Shown in pieces: positions 14,613 to 22,737 of a stretch of DNA of 35,767 nucleotides (position 1 is the first letter of the stretch; every line of letters starts with the position of its first letter). Under the pieces are notes generated by a model. It saw nothing but the letters and a program-made list of their open reading frames with translations. It ran no database searches and was not told the origin of the DNA. Where the stretch lies: positions 1-35,767 of the IMG/VR virus record IMGVR_UViG_3300000563_000001; one strand, written 5' to 3'. The stretch is from a virus. The translations under genes were made by a program, and so were the position numbers.

Positions 14613-16019
14613 ATGTTAACTTTTCAAGATTATTTAAATAGTAGTGATAAAATAGGCTTTATAAATGATGCTATAATAGAGTTTAAAGCGTCTGAAAGAT
14701 ACAAGATAGCTAATATAGCTTGGGCATACTTTAGCGGTGAAAATGTAACCATTTTGGAACGTATGAAGTGGTTTTATAATACTAATGGTATAAAACAAGA
14801 AGATTTTTTTAAAGCTAATAACCAAATTCCATCTGCATTTTTCCCTAAGATAATTAAACAAGAATGTTCTTATTTACTTGCTAATGGTGTTACTATGGAA
14901 GATAAATTTAAAAAAGATTTAGGGAAGAAATTTGATAATAGAATTTATAAAAGTGGATTATATTCGAAAATAGATGGAGTAAGTTGGACTTATTGTCATT
15001 TGGATTCTAAAGGCAAATTCTGTGAAGATGTTTGGAGAGGCAATGAATTTGTGCCTTTATTCGATGAAAGAACAGCAACTCTTATGGCTGGAATAAGGTT
15101 CTGGCAATTAGATGTTAACAAACCTATGTTTGTAGAGTTTTACGAACAAGATGGAATTACAGAACTACAAAGTAATAAACAAAATAATTTGATAGTGACT
15201 AAAGAAAAACAACCTTATAAATTAATTAAAAAAATAGATGTACTAGGAGAAAGAATAGAAGGAGAGAATTGGAGCATACTTCCTATAGTTCCATTATATT
15301 CAGGGATATTAAAGAAAAGTTCGTTGACTATTTCTCTAAGAAATCAAATTGACCTTTTTGATAAAATTTCTTCTGACTTTGGAAACAATTTGGAAGATGC
15401 ACAAGACATTTATTGGATTCTTAAAAATTATGCAGGACAAGATATGGAACAGTTTTTAAAGGATTATAAATATTATAAAACTATACAAATTACTGACGAA
15501 GGAGAAGCAAGCCCACATACCATAGAGGTACCACATGAAGCTAGAAAAATAGCTTTAGAAATATTAAGAAAGCAAATTTATGCTACTGCTATGGCTACAG
15601 ACATGGACACTTTGACTGGTGGAAGCTTGACAGCTACAGCTATAAGAATAGCTACCCAAGATTTAGATTTAAAAACGGATGAATTTGAAATAAATGTTAT
15701 TGATTATATAGAAAATATTCTTAATATATACAATGAATATAAAGGCTCTAACGAGGAATATGAATTTAAATTAATAAGAAGGACATTAATTAATGATACT
15801 GAAACTATAGACAATATTTATAAATTTAGAAATGATATAGATTTAGAAACTGCATTGAGATTAAATCCTTATATAAGTGATGCAGATGTGGACGATATTA
15901 TCAAGAAATTAGAAGAGGAAAATATAAATAAATTTAGTTATGAAGAAGAAAATACATCTATAGAAGAACCTGAAAATGGTGCAATACAACAAAAGGAAAA
16001 CAAAGAAGAGGTGGTGTAA
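14613..16019 (+). CDS. Portal protein (SPP1 gp6-like)
   Basis: 468 aa immediately after terL, with an acidic C-terminus. Size and position are canonical. Confidence 0.85.
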   Translation: MLTFQDYLNSSDKIGFINDAIIEFKASERYKIANIAWAYFSGENVTILERMKWFYNTNGIKQEDFFKANNQIPSAFFPKIIKQECSYLLANGVTMEDKFKKDLGKKFDNRIYKSGLYSKIDGVSWTYCHLDSKGKFCEDVWRGNEFVPLFDERTATLMAGIRFWQLDVNKPMFVEFYEQDGITELQSNKQNNLIVTKEKQPYKLIKKIDVLGERIEGENWSILPIVPLYSGILKKSSLTISLRNQIDLFDKISSDFGNNLEDAQDIYWILKNYAGQDMEQFLKDYKYYKTIQITDEGEASPHTIEVPHEARKIALEILRKQIYATAMATDMDTLTGGSLTATAIRIATQDLDLKTDEFEINVIDYIENILNIYNEYKGSNEEYEFKLIRRTLINDTETIDNIYKFRNDIDLETALRLNPYISDADVDDIIKKLEEENINKFSYEEENTSIEEPENGAIQQKENKEEVV

Positions 16020-16928
16020 TTGGATTTTGCACATCAAGAAACGGACAAAATGTTGTTTAATTTGGAAAAAGAACTCAATAAAATCTATAAGCAATCATAC
16101 TTTGAATGTAAATCAAAACTAAATAAAAATCAGAAACTAATTGATGAACTTAGTAAAACTGATGACTTAATAAAGCGTAACAATTTACTTAGGAAAAAGA
16201 ATAGACTTGACACTCTATTAAAACAGATGATGTTAAATATAAATTCAACTAATGAAATAGCTGTAAAGATGATTAACAATGATATGATAGATGTATATTG
16301 GTTTAATTATGCTTACTTAGGTTATACTATAGAAAAGACTTTAAATGCTAGAATAGGATTCCAAGTATTTAATCAGAATGTAATTAAAAAGCTATTACAG
16401 GACGAGTTAAACCCTTTTACTTTGCTTACTATAGATAAATTAAAAGATAAAGGGAATATTTATTCTCAACTTAAAAGAGAGCTAAGTGTTGGACTATTGC
16501 AAGGAGAGAGTATAACTAATTTAGCTAAGAGAATGGAAAAGGTTCTTAATATAAGTCATAACTCTAGTATAACTATGGCTAGAACAGAAACAACTAGAAT
16601 AGAAAGTTCGGCTAGGATGGATAGTTTTGAATTTGCAGAAACTAAAGGCATAAAAGTAAAAAAAGAATGGATTAGTACAATTGATAAGCGTACTAGGAAA
16701 AGCCATAGAAGACTAATGGGAGAAATTAGAGAGATTGACGAAAAGTTTTCTAATGGTCTTATGTATCCCGGAGACCCAAATGGGAAAGCTGAGGAAGTTA
16801 TTAGGTGCCGTTGCACTATGGTATCTAAATTAGTTGACTTAGAGGAAACTAGAAAAGAATTAGAACTTGATGAAAGAATAAAGAAAATGAGTTTTGAAGA
16901 GTGGGGTGTTGAATATGCTAAAGATTAA
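16020..16928 (+). CDS. Head morphogenesis protein (SPP1 gp7 / Mu F family), TTG start
   Basis: MARTETTRIESSARMDSF, IDKRTRKSHRRLMGE and VIRCRCTM are hallmark MuF-family motifs. It follows the portal gene. Confidence 0.85.
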   Translation: MDFAHQETDKMLFNLEKELNKIYKQSYFECKSKLNKNQKLIDELSKTDDLIKRNNLLRKKNRLDTLLKQMMLNINSTNEIAVKMINNDMIDVYWFNYAYLGYTIEKTLNARIGFQVFNQNVIKKLLQDELNPFTLLTIDKLKDKGNIYSQLKRELSVGLLQGESITNLAKRMEKVLNISHNSSITMARTETTRIESSARMDSFEFAETKGIKVKKEWISTIDKRTRKSHRRLMGEIREIDEKFSNGLMYPGDPNGKAEEVIRCRCTMVSKLVDLEETRKELELDERIKKMSFEEWGVEYAKD

Positions 16929-17307
16929 CATACAAGATAATAGCAAAAAATTACTCGGAGAAACAGAAGAAAAAAAAGAAAAAATATTGTATATGATTGG
17001 GTTGGAATGGCAACGCATAGTAACTAAAATAATAACTGAAAAGAAAATAGTAGATACTGGTAGACTAAGAGCTTCTATGAGTTTTATAACTAATAAGAGA
17101 CAAGTAAAAGGTACTAGAGTACCCGAAACTCTTCCAAAAGATTATTTGAGTGGTAGAGCTGGTAAAGATGAATTAATAGTAGGTAGTAATGTTGAATATG
17201 CAGAAAAAAATGAACTTACTAATAGAAAAGGTGATTTCTTAAGACCTTCATTACTGGAACATACAGGTGTATACCAAAAAATAGCAGATTCAGTTTTTAA
17301 AGAATAA
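16915..17307 (+). CDS. HK97 gp10-like head-tail joining family protein (about 130 aa; start trimmed)
   Basis: The VDTGRLRASMSF motif matches the gp10 family (vDTG.Lr.S). The ATG at 16915 follows GGGGTG. It overlaps the previous gene's end. Confidence 0.55.
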   Translation: MLKINIQDNSKKLLGETEEKKEKILYMIGLEWQRIVTKIITEKKIVDTGRLRASMSFITNKRQVKGTRVPETLPKDYLSGRAGKDELIVGSNVEYAEKNELTNRKGDFLRPSLLEHTGVYQKIADSVFKE

Positions 17308-17311
17308 AAAA

Positions 17312-17340
17312 AAGAGGTATTAACTACCTCTTATATTTTT
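17312..17340. terminator. Bidirectional rho-independent terminator between convergent genes
   Basis: aagaggta/tacctctt 8-bp stem flanked by an A-run upstream and ATATTTTTT downstream. The stop codon of the minus-strand ORF lies in the stem. Confidence 0.8.
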
Positions 17341-17908
17341 TGTTTATTTTATTAAATTTTATTAATATAATTATTAAATAAATTAACATAGAAGGAAAGA
17401 ATATAACTCCTACTGGAATTGGGAATATTGCACTTAATATACTTCCTATAATTGTAACACCTAAAAATCTATAAGCTATGCAATTTTTATAATATTTATT
17501 AGGCGTATTTGTTTTAATTATGTTCAAAGTTTTTTTGCATTGTACTTTTACATCTCTAAACACTTCTTTTATTTCTTCTAACTGTTTTTTATTGTGTTCT
17601 TTTCTAAGCTTAACAAAGACATGTTTGAATTCTTTTTTAGATTCTCTATCTAAGTTAAGATAAAACTCATGGAATGACCTGAAATCCATGCTATCTCCTT
17701 TTGTAAACAGTTTTACAGTATCATCTACACTAATTGTAGTCTTATTATATATCTTGTTATATAAAGCTTTATGAGGGTCATTAATCCACCCCATACCTTT
17801 TTTACCATACCAAGGTATAAATGCTTTTTTAGCTTTTCTTTTAAGTTTAGCAGTAGTACGAGATTTTATTCTATTTTTAAGATTTATTTTTCTAATTCCT
17901 AATTTCAT
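17324..17908 (-). CDS. Membrane protein (194 aa): basic N-terminal domain with a YGKKGMGWINDPHKALYNKIYNKTT motif and two C-terminal TM helices
   Basis: ORF track. ATGA overlap with the upstream small ORF. C-terminal hydrophobic stretch FLGVTIIGSILSAIFPIPVGVIFFPSMLIYLIIILI. Confidence 0.75.
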   Translation of the reverse strand: MKLGIRKINLKNRIKSRTTAKLKRKAKKAFIPWYGKKGMGWINDPHKALYNKIYNKTTISVDDTVKLFTKGDSMDFRSFHEFYLNLDRESKKEFKHVFVKLRKEHNKKQLEEIKEVFRDVKVQCKKTLNIIKTNTPNKYYKNCIAYRFLGVTIIGSILSAIFPIPVGVIFFPSMLIYLIIILIKFNKINKKYKR

Positions 17909-18066
17909 ATTATTTCAATTCCTTTCTGATTTGATATTTGTGTATGTTCAATCCAGTCTTTTTGTATAAAATCACACAAGTATGGTAAACCTTCATTTAA
18001 AAAAGTATTTAAAGTTATATAACCTTCTTTTTTATTATATTCGTTTCTTATTTTTCTTATTTTCAT
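17905..18066 (-). CDS. Small protein (53 aa), paralogue of 18063..18230
   Basis: Read from the reverse complement: MKIRKIRNEYNKKEGYITLNTFLNEGLPYL.... ATGA overlaps occur at both ends. Below the ORF-track cutoff. Confidence 0.55.
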   Translation of the reverse strand: MKIRKIRNEYNKKEGYITLNTFLNEGLPYLCDFIQKDWIEHTQISNQKGIEII

Positions 18067-18230
18067 AATATGTTATTTCTCTCCTCTTCATTTAATAAGT
18101 AATCATCAAACCATAGACCCGATTCTGTAAATTCATAACCCAAAGGTAATTTGTTATTTTTAATAAGCTTTTCTATAGTAATATATTTTATTTTATTAGT
18201 AGCAATATTTCTTATTTTCCTAACTAACAT
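18063..18230 (-). CDS. Small protein (55 aa), first gene of the antisense operon
   Basis: Reverse complement: MLVRKIRNIATNKIKYITIEKLIKNNKLPLGYEF.... AGAGGTG lies 7 nt upstream. It is directly downstream of the box promoter. Confidence 0.55.
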   Translation of the reverse strand: MLVRKIRNIATNKIKYITIEKLIKNNKLPLGYEFTESGLWFDDYLLNEEERNNIL

Positions 18231-18260
18231 TTAATATCACCTCTTTGATTTGTTAATTAT

Positions 18261-18289
18261 ATTCTATCAGATTGTGGTCACATTGTCAA
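18261..18289 (-). promoter_or_regulatory. Box promoter of the antisense operon: TTGACA-a[TGTGACCACA]atctga-TAGAAT
   Basis: Reverse complement of 18261-18289 with an exact 17-bp spacer. The box is at 18273-18282. Confidence 0.75.
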
Positions 18290-18371
18290 TAGCCTGACTG
18301 TAGTAAGTTAACTTAGGAAGTTATTAATTGAAGATGAAAAGATTGAAATTGCATATATCATAATTGCATTA

Positions 18372-18547
18372 CCTTTCTAAATAAATAATTTATAAAAAAA
18401 TAAAAAGATATTTATATAATAAGGAACTTTTTTAATAATATTGAGCCTCGACTGGCTACAAACCCAGTAAATAAGCCAATCCTTTAGCAGAGTGACGTAA
18501 GCACTTTTCCAAAAAAAACTGCTCCAAAATTGTGACGTTGTCAACAC
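18372..18547 (-). repeat. Intergenic cassette copy C, reverse orientation
   Basis: The reverse complement reads gtgTTGACAACGTCAC...GGAGCAGTTTTTTTTGGAAAAGTGCTTACGTCAC...CCTTATTATATAAATATCTTTTT...TTATTTATTTAGAAAGG. Confidence 0.85.
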
Positions 18548-18616
18548 GCTATTTTTAGTGCTTTTTGCAAGTTTTTAATTTACTTCTTGCATATTTATAC
18601 GTACATTGACAGCAAA

Positions 18617-18645
18617 TTGACAAAAAAAAATTCGTGTTATATAAT
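18617..18645 (+). promoter_or_regulatory. Promoter of the scaffold/capsid operon TTGACA-17-TATAAT
   Basis: Consensus hexamers. The spacer contains ATTCGTGTT, also found at 12713-12721. Confidence 0.8.
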
Positions 18646-18689
18646 TAAATTAGTGGAAATCACTATAAAATTTTGAGGAGGATTATAAA

Positions 18690-19226
18690 ATGGATTTAAA
18701 ACAAATATTAATCTCTAGTGGAATAGAGAGCGAACTAGCCGAGCAATGTTCTAAGGCTATAAATGGAGAACTACACAAAGAGTTTATCCCAAAGGCACAA
18801 TATAATAAGAAAGTCGTTGAATTAGAAAGTTTAAAAGAAAAAGCTGACGATTTATGTGCAGTAAATGGGGAGCTTGAACAACTTAAAACTCAATTAGCTA
18901 ATAAAGAAGAGGAATTTAATAATTATAAGATTGATATAGAGAAAAAAAGTACACAAGCTACTAAAATAAATAAAATAAAAGACCAATTAAAAAAAGATGG
19001 AATAACAAGCGATAAATTAGTTAATTTATTAGTAAAAGAGGTAGATATCAACTCGTTGGAGTTTGAAGATGATAATATAAAAGATTGGGAAAACATTGGC
19101 AAGAGTTTGAAAGAGAATTATTCTGACTTTTATACATCTACACAAACAACAGGGGTTGAACCATCTACACCACCAGCAAATAACCCTAGCGAAAAAGACC
19201 CATTTTTGATGGGATTTGATAATTAA
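18690..19226 (+). CDS. Scaffolding protein (phage GP20-like minor structural protein)
   Basis: N-terminus ...EFIPKAQYNKKVVELESLKEK plus a long coiled coil. It lies immediately upstream of the major capsid gene. Confidence 0.8.
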   Translation: MDLKQILISSGIESELAEQCSKAINGELHKEFIPKAQYNKKVVELESLKEKADDLCAVNGELEQLKTQLANKEEEFNNYKIDIEKKSTQATKINKIKDQLKKDGITSDKLVNLLVKEVDINSLEFEDDNIKDWENIGKSLKENYSDFYTSTQTTGVEPSTPPANNPSEKDPFLMGFDN

Positions 19227-19250
19227 AACAAATAAAAAGGAGTGAATCAA

Positions 19251-20081
19251 ATGGCAGTTAACCATGCGTCAAAGTATGAAAGTAAAATTGACGAAAGAAT
19301 GAAATTACAAGCACTTACAGAAAGAGCAATAAACAGAGAATACGACTTTAATGGAGTTAATACAATAAATATATATTCAGTACCAACTGTTCCTATGACC
19401 GATTATACTATGAGTGGGTCAAGTAGATATGGTACACCAAAGGAATTAGAAAATGAATTACAAACAGAAGTATTAAAGAAGGATAGGTCTTTTACATTCA
19501 CTATAGATAGAAGAAACTATACAGATACTTTAATGACTTTAGAAGCAGGAAAAGCATTAGCAAGACAAATTGACGAAGTTATAATTCCAGAAATAGATAC
19601 TTATAGATTAAGTGTTATATGCTCTAAAGCTGGTAAAGTTGAAACTGGTGCAGTTATAGATAAAACAAATGCTTATACTTCATTTTTAGATGGAGTAACA
19701 ACTTTATTAGAAAATAAAGTTCCATTAGCTTCATGTTTTGCATATATATCAACATCTTTTTATAAAGCAATAAGACAAGATGATGGATTTATAAAAGCTA
19801 GTGACATGGCACAAGACATGTTGGCTAAAGGTTCTGTAGGAATGATAGAAGGAATACAATTAATATATGCTCCTTCTGTATATTTACCTGAAGATGTAGA
19901 ATTCGTTATAACTTCCGCAATGGCAACAGTAGGAGCCGAAAAACTTACAGAATATAAAACTCATGACAATCCACCTGGTATAAACGGCTGGCTAGTAGAA
20001 GGCAGAATATACTATGATGCATTTGTATTAAACAACAAAAAGAATGCTATATATGTTTATAAAAAAACAGGTGAAGTTTAA
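19251..20081 (+). CDS. Major capsid protein (about 276 aa)
   Basis: Position after the scaffold gene and followed by a strong terminator. The ATG at 19251 is 8 nt after AAGGAG, whereas the ORF-track GTG at 19242 overlaps the SD. Confidence 0.8.
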   Translation: MAVNHASKYESKIDERMKLQALTERAINREYDFNGVNTINIYSVPTVPMTDYTMSGSSRYGTPKELENELQTEVLKKDRSFTFTIDRRNYTDTLMTLEAGKALARQIDEVIIPEIDTYRLSVICSKAGKVETGAVIDKTNAYTSFLDGVTTLLENKVPLASCFAYISTSFYKAIRQDDGFIKASDMAQDMLAKGSVGMIEGIQLIYAPSVYLPEDVEFVITSAMATVGAEKLTEYKTHDNPPGINGWLVEGRIYYDAFVLNNKKNAIYVYKKTGEV

Positions 20082-20121
20082 TAAGCTAATTTCATATTAA
20101 ATATATAAATAACCTCAAATG

Positions 20122-20150
20122 TCGGTAGTTTGAATACTACCGATTTTTTT
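20122..20150 (+). terminator. Rho-independent terminator after the capsid gene
   Basis: tcggtagt/actaccga 8-bp stem, loop TTGAAT, then T7. Confidence 0.85.
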
Positions 20151-20158
20151 GGTATAAT
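20130..20158 (+). promoter_or_regulatory. Promoter embedded in the terminator: TTGAAT (hairpin loop)-17-TATAAT with TGG extension
   Basis: The -35 is exactly the 6-nt loop. The spacer is the 3' arm plus the T-run plus GG (17 bp). The -10 is at 20153-20158. Confidence 0.6.
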
Positions 20159-20177
20159 TATAAAAGGAGGATATAAA

Positions 20178-20636
20178 ATGTATAATATAATGAAATATTT
20201 AAATAATTATTTTTTTAATTTCAAAGAATATGGAGAATACTCTATATTAAATAATACAATAGAAGTAAGAGGAAAATACTTGGCAGGACAATATATTCTA
20301 ATAAAAGATTCAATTTTAAATGATGGAGTTTATAAAATAACTAAAGTAGAAAATAATATAATTACTTTAGAAGAAGAACTTAATACAGAATTATTTACAG
20401 GATATATTTGTTCTTTAAGTGTACCAAGAGATTTTATAAAAACATGCGAAGAAATAAAAAAATTCAATGAAAAACAAGTTAAAACCGATATAATATCAGA
20501 AAGTTTTCCGATGGGATATTCTTATAGTAAAACTACTGTAAACGGACAATTAACAACTTGGAAAGATGTATTCTCAATAGAATTATCTCCTTATAGAAAA
20601 ATATACGATGATTTTAGGAGGTGTAAGAGCATATGA
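20178..20636 (+). CDS. Head-tail connector/adaptor protein (about 152 aa; start trimmed)
   Basis: First gene after the capsid gene. The ATG at 20178 is 7 nt after AAAGGAGG. Confidence 0.6.
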   Translation: MYNIMKYLNNYFFNFKEYGEYSILNNTIEVRGKYLAGQYILIKDSILNDGVYKITKVENNIITLEEELNTELFTGYICSLSVPRDFIKTCEEIKKFNEKQVKTDIISESFPMGYSYSKTTVNGQLTTWKDVFSIELSPYRKIYDDFRRCKSI

Positions 20637-20989
20637 TACAAGATATATTTGAGTCTTTGATTTTTCTTGATAAAGTATCAATACCTGACGGTATGGGAGG
20701 GTTTGAAACAATTTGGAAAGATGGGGCAGAATTTAAAGGGTATATAAATTTAGATAATAGCATAGAAGCTAAGATAGCAGAAAAACAAGGTGTAACAAAT
20801 ATATATACAGTTACAACTGAAAATAATGTTTTTTTAGAGTTTAATGATATAATAAAAAGAAAATCAGACCAACAAACTTTTAAAATAAAAAGTTTAAATA
20901 ATACAGAAAATATACCGCCTAAATTTGCTACTTTGAATTTAAGATATGCCACAGCTGAATTGTTCGACCTACTGCCTACATCAGAATAG
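20633..20989 (+). CDS. Head closure (stopper) protein
   Basis: 118 aa with an ATGA overlap. The GGFETIWKDGAEF pattern is typical of head-closure proteins. Gene order supports the call. Confidence 0.6.
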   Translation: MIQDIFESLIFLDKVSIPDGMGGFETIWKDGAEFKGYINLDNSIEAKIAEKQGVTNIYTVTTENNVFLEFNDIIKRKSDQQTFKIKSLNNTENIPPKFATLNLRYATAELFDLLPTSE

Positions 20990-20999
20990 GGGTGAATTT

Positions 21000-21365
21000 A
21001 TGAGCAATTTTTTAGACCAAGCAAGTTTATTATATGAATTTTTTAGTGATATATGTCCATCTTATTTACAAAATGTAGTGCCTGACGGTTCTAAATATCC
21101 TTATTTGACTTATACATTAGATAATTTAGCTTGGGACGATTCTAGTTTAATACAAGTTAAAATTTATGACCAATCTCAAAGTGTAAAAAGTATTTTAACT
21201 TTAGCACAAAAATTAAGTGATGAAATAGGTGAAGGTATTACAATAAATAAAAATGGTACTTATATATATATGAGAAAAGGTTCGCCTTTTTTACAGTTTA
21301 TGGTAGAAGATGAACAAAAATTTATAAAGAGTGTTTATTCTGTAATAGAATATAATGTTTATTAA
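21000..21365 (+). CDS. Tail completion / tail-to-head joining protein (121 aa; start trimmed)
   Basis: The ATG at 21000 follows GGGGTGA. It lies between the stopper and major tail genes. Confidence 0.55.
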   Translation: MSNFLDQASLLYEFFSDICPSYLQNVVPDGSKYPYLTYTLDNLAWDDSSLIQVKIYDQSQSVKSILTLAQKLSDEIGEGITINKNGTYIYMRKGSPFLQFMVEDEQKFIKSVYSVIEYNVY

Positions 21366-21382
21366 AAAGGAGGAATTAAAAA

Positions 21383-22024
21383 ATGGGAAGAACTTTAAAC
21401 GCATTTACACCAAACACAGCTAAAAATTTACAATTAGATGCTGGAGTATTTTTGAAAAGTATAAAAGATATTGAAGCTTTAGGAAAATCAATATTAGAAA
21501 TTAAAGACGGTGAAACTTTTGACGATATTTTACCAGAGGGAAGTGAAAAATTAGGAGCAACAAGCGGTGGCGGTTCATTTACTGCTATACCAGAAATGAG
21601 AAATACACTTGAAAATATTGACGGAGCTAGAGGAAATTATATAGGTGGCAATAAAATAGATAGTTGGGAAATAAAATTGACTACTACATTAGCGGAATCA
21701 ACAGCTGAGAATTTTAAATTGGCATTATGTGCTAGTGATATTAAAAAAGCTGAAGAAACTGAATTATATGATAAAATAACAGCTAGAAACGATATACGAG
21801 ATACTGACTATATAGATAATATATGTTGGTTAGGCACACAACAAGGCTCAAATATACCTATTATAATAGAAATAAAAAATGTAATAAATACAAATGGTTT
21901 AAACTTTACTTTTGCCGATAAAGACAATGGTAAAATAGAATTGGAATTAACCGGTAATAAAACTATGACTAATCCCGATGAAGTTCCGTTCGAAATTCAT
22001 GTCCCTACTAAAAAAATAGTTTAA
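21383..22024 (+). CDS. Major tail protein
   Basis: 213 aa, strong SD, directly upstream of the chaperone pair and tape measure gene. Confidence 0.7.
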   Translation: MGRTLNAFTPNTAKNLQLDAGVFLKSIKDIEALGKSILEIKDGETFDDILPEGSEKLGATSGGGSFTAIPEMRNTLENIDGARGNYIGGNKIDSWEIKLTTTLAESTAENFKLALCASDIKKAEETELYDKITARNDIRDTDYIDNICWLGTQQGSNIPIIIEIKNVINTNGLNFTFADKDNGKIELELTGNKTMTNPDEVPFEIHVPTKKIV

Positions 22025-22043
22025 AAAAGAGAGGTATATTAAT

Positions 22044-22424
22044 ATGAAATTAAGTCAAATTAGTGCAGATAAAACTATGGATATTTTGTGCGAGATAACT
22101 CCTCATATTTCCAACATAATAGAAGATAAAAAACTTATGGAAATATTAAAAAATAAAGTAAAATATGAAGAAGATAAAAAAGAAGAAATAGAAGAAATAG
22201 GATTTGAATTGGGATTTAAAAACTTCACTAAATTAATACCAGTAATTTTTAAAGACCATAAAAACGATGTACAAATGATTTTAGCAATAATGGACAATGT
22301 TACTTTGAAAGAAATACAAGAAGAAAATATTTTTAAAAATATTAATAGAATAAATGAATTAATACAAGATAAGGAGCTATTAAGTTTTTTTACATCATTG
22401 CAGAAATTGGAGGCTCTAAAATAA
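22044..22424 (+). CDS. Tail assembly chaperone (G-like)
   Basis: 126 aa, acidic, located between the major tail and tape measure genes. It contains the slippery run near its 3' end. Confidence 0.8.
   Translation: MKLSQISADKTMDILCEITPHISNIIEDKKLMEILKNKVKYEEDKKEEIEEIGFELGFKNFTKLIPVIFKDHKNDVQMILAIMDNVTLKEIQEENIFKNINRINELIQDKELLSFFTSLQKLEALK
22385..22391 (+). other. Programmed -1 ribosomal frameshift site T_TTT_TTT
   Basis: In the zero frame the sequence reads agT TTT TTT. The -1 frame is open from 22373 to 22702. Confidence 0.75.
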
Positions 22425-22702
22425 TATTTATAGCTAACACAGTTACTAGAAAAATGAATTTTAAAACTTTTAATTTATATTTGAAGGAATATTTAAAAGA
22501 AGAAAATAAAGAATTCATTTATAAAGATTATGTAACCAGCTCTCTAAATATATTAGTTCAAGGTGCTAATGTAAAAAAACCTTTAGATAGTATTAAAAAA
22601 CTATTCGATAAAATAGATAATAAAAATATAGAACAAGATAATAGAACAAGCGAAGAAATAGAACAAGATATAATAAATAAATTCAAGGGGGCGTGGGGTT
22701 AA
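22391..22702 (+). CDS. Frameshift extension (T part) of the tail assembly chaperone; the fusion is 22044..22391 joined to 22391..22702
   Basis: This ORF is in the -1 frame relative to 22044..22424 and ends 36 nt before the tape measure gene. This is the canonical G/GT arrangement. Confidence 0.7.
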   Translation, partial: YIIAEIGGSKIIFIANTVTRKMNFKTFNLYLKEYLKEENKEFIYKDYVTSSLNILVQGANVKKPLDSIKKLFDKIDNKNIEQDNRTSEEIEQDIINKFKGAWG

Positions 22703-22737
22703 ACTCACGCCTTTCTTGTTAAAAAGGAGGGAATAAT

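Noticed and set aside
18405-18430. The conserved CTTATTATATAAATAT block as a Xer/dif-like site. It resembles Firmicute dif (ACTTCCTAGAATATATATTATGTAAACT) only through an AGGAA and an AT-rich core.
   Set aside because: Hand alignment gives only about half the positions in either arm. dif is expected once per replicon, not four times.
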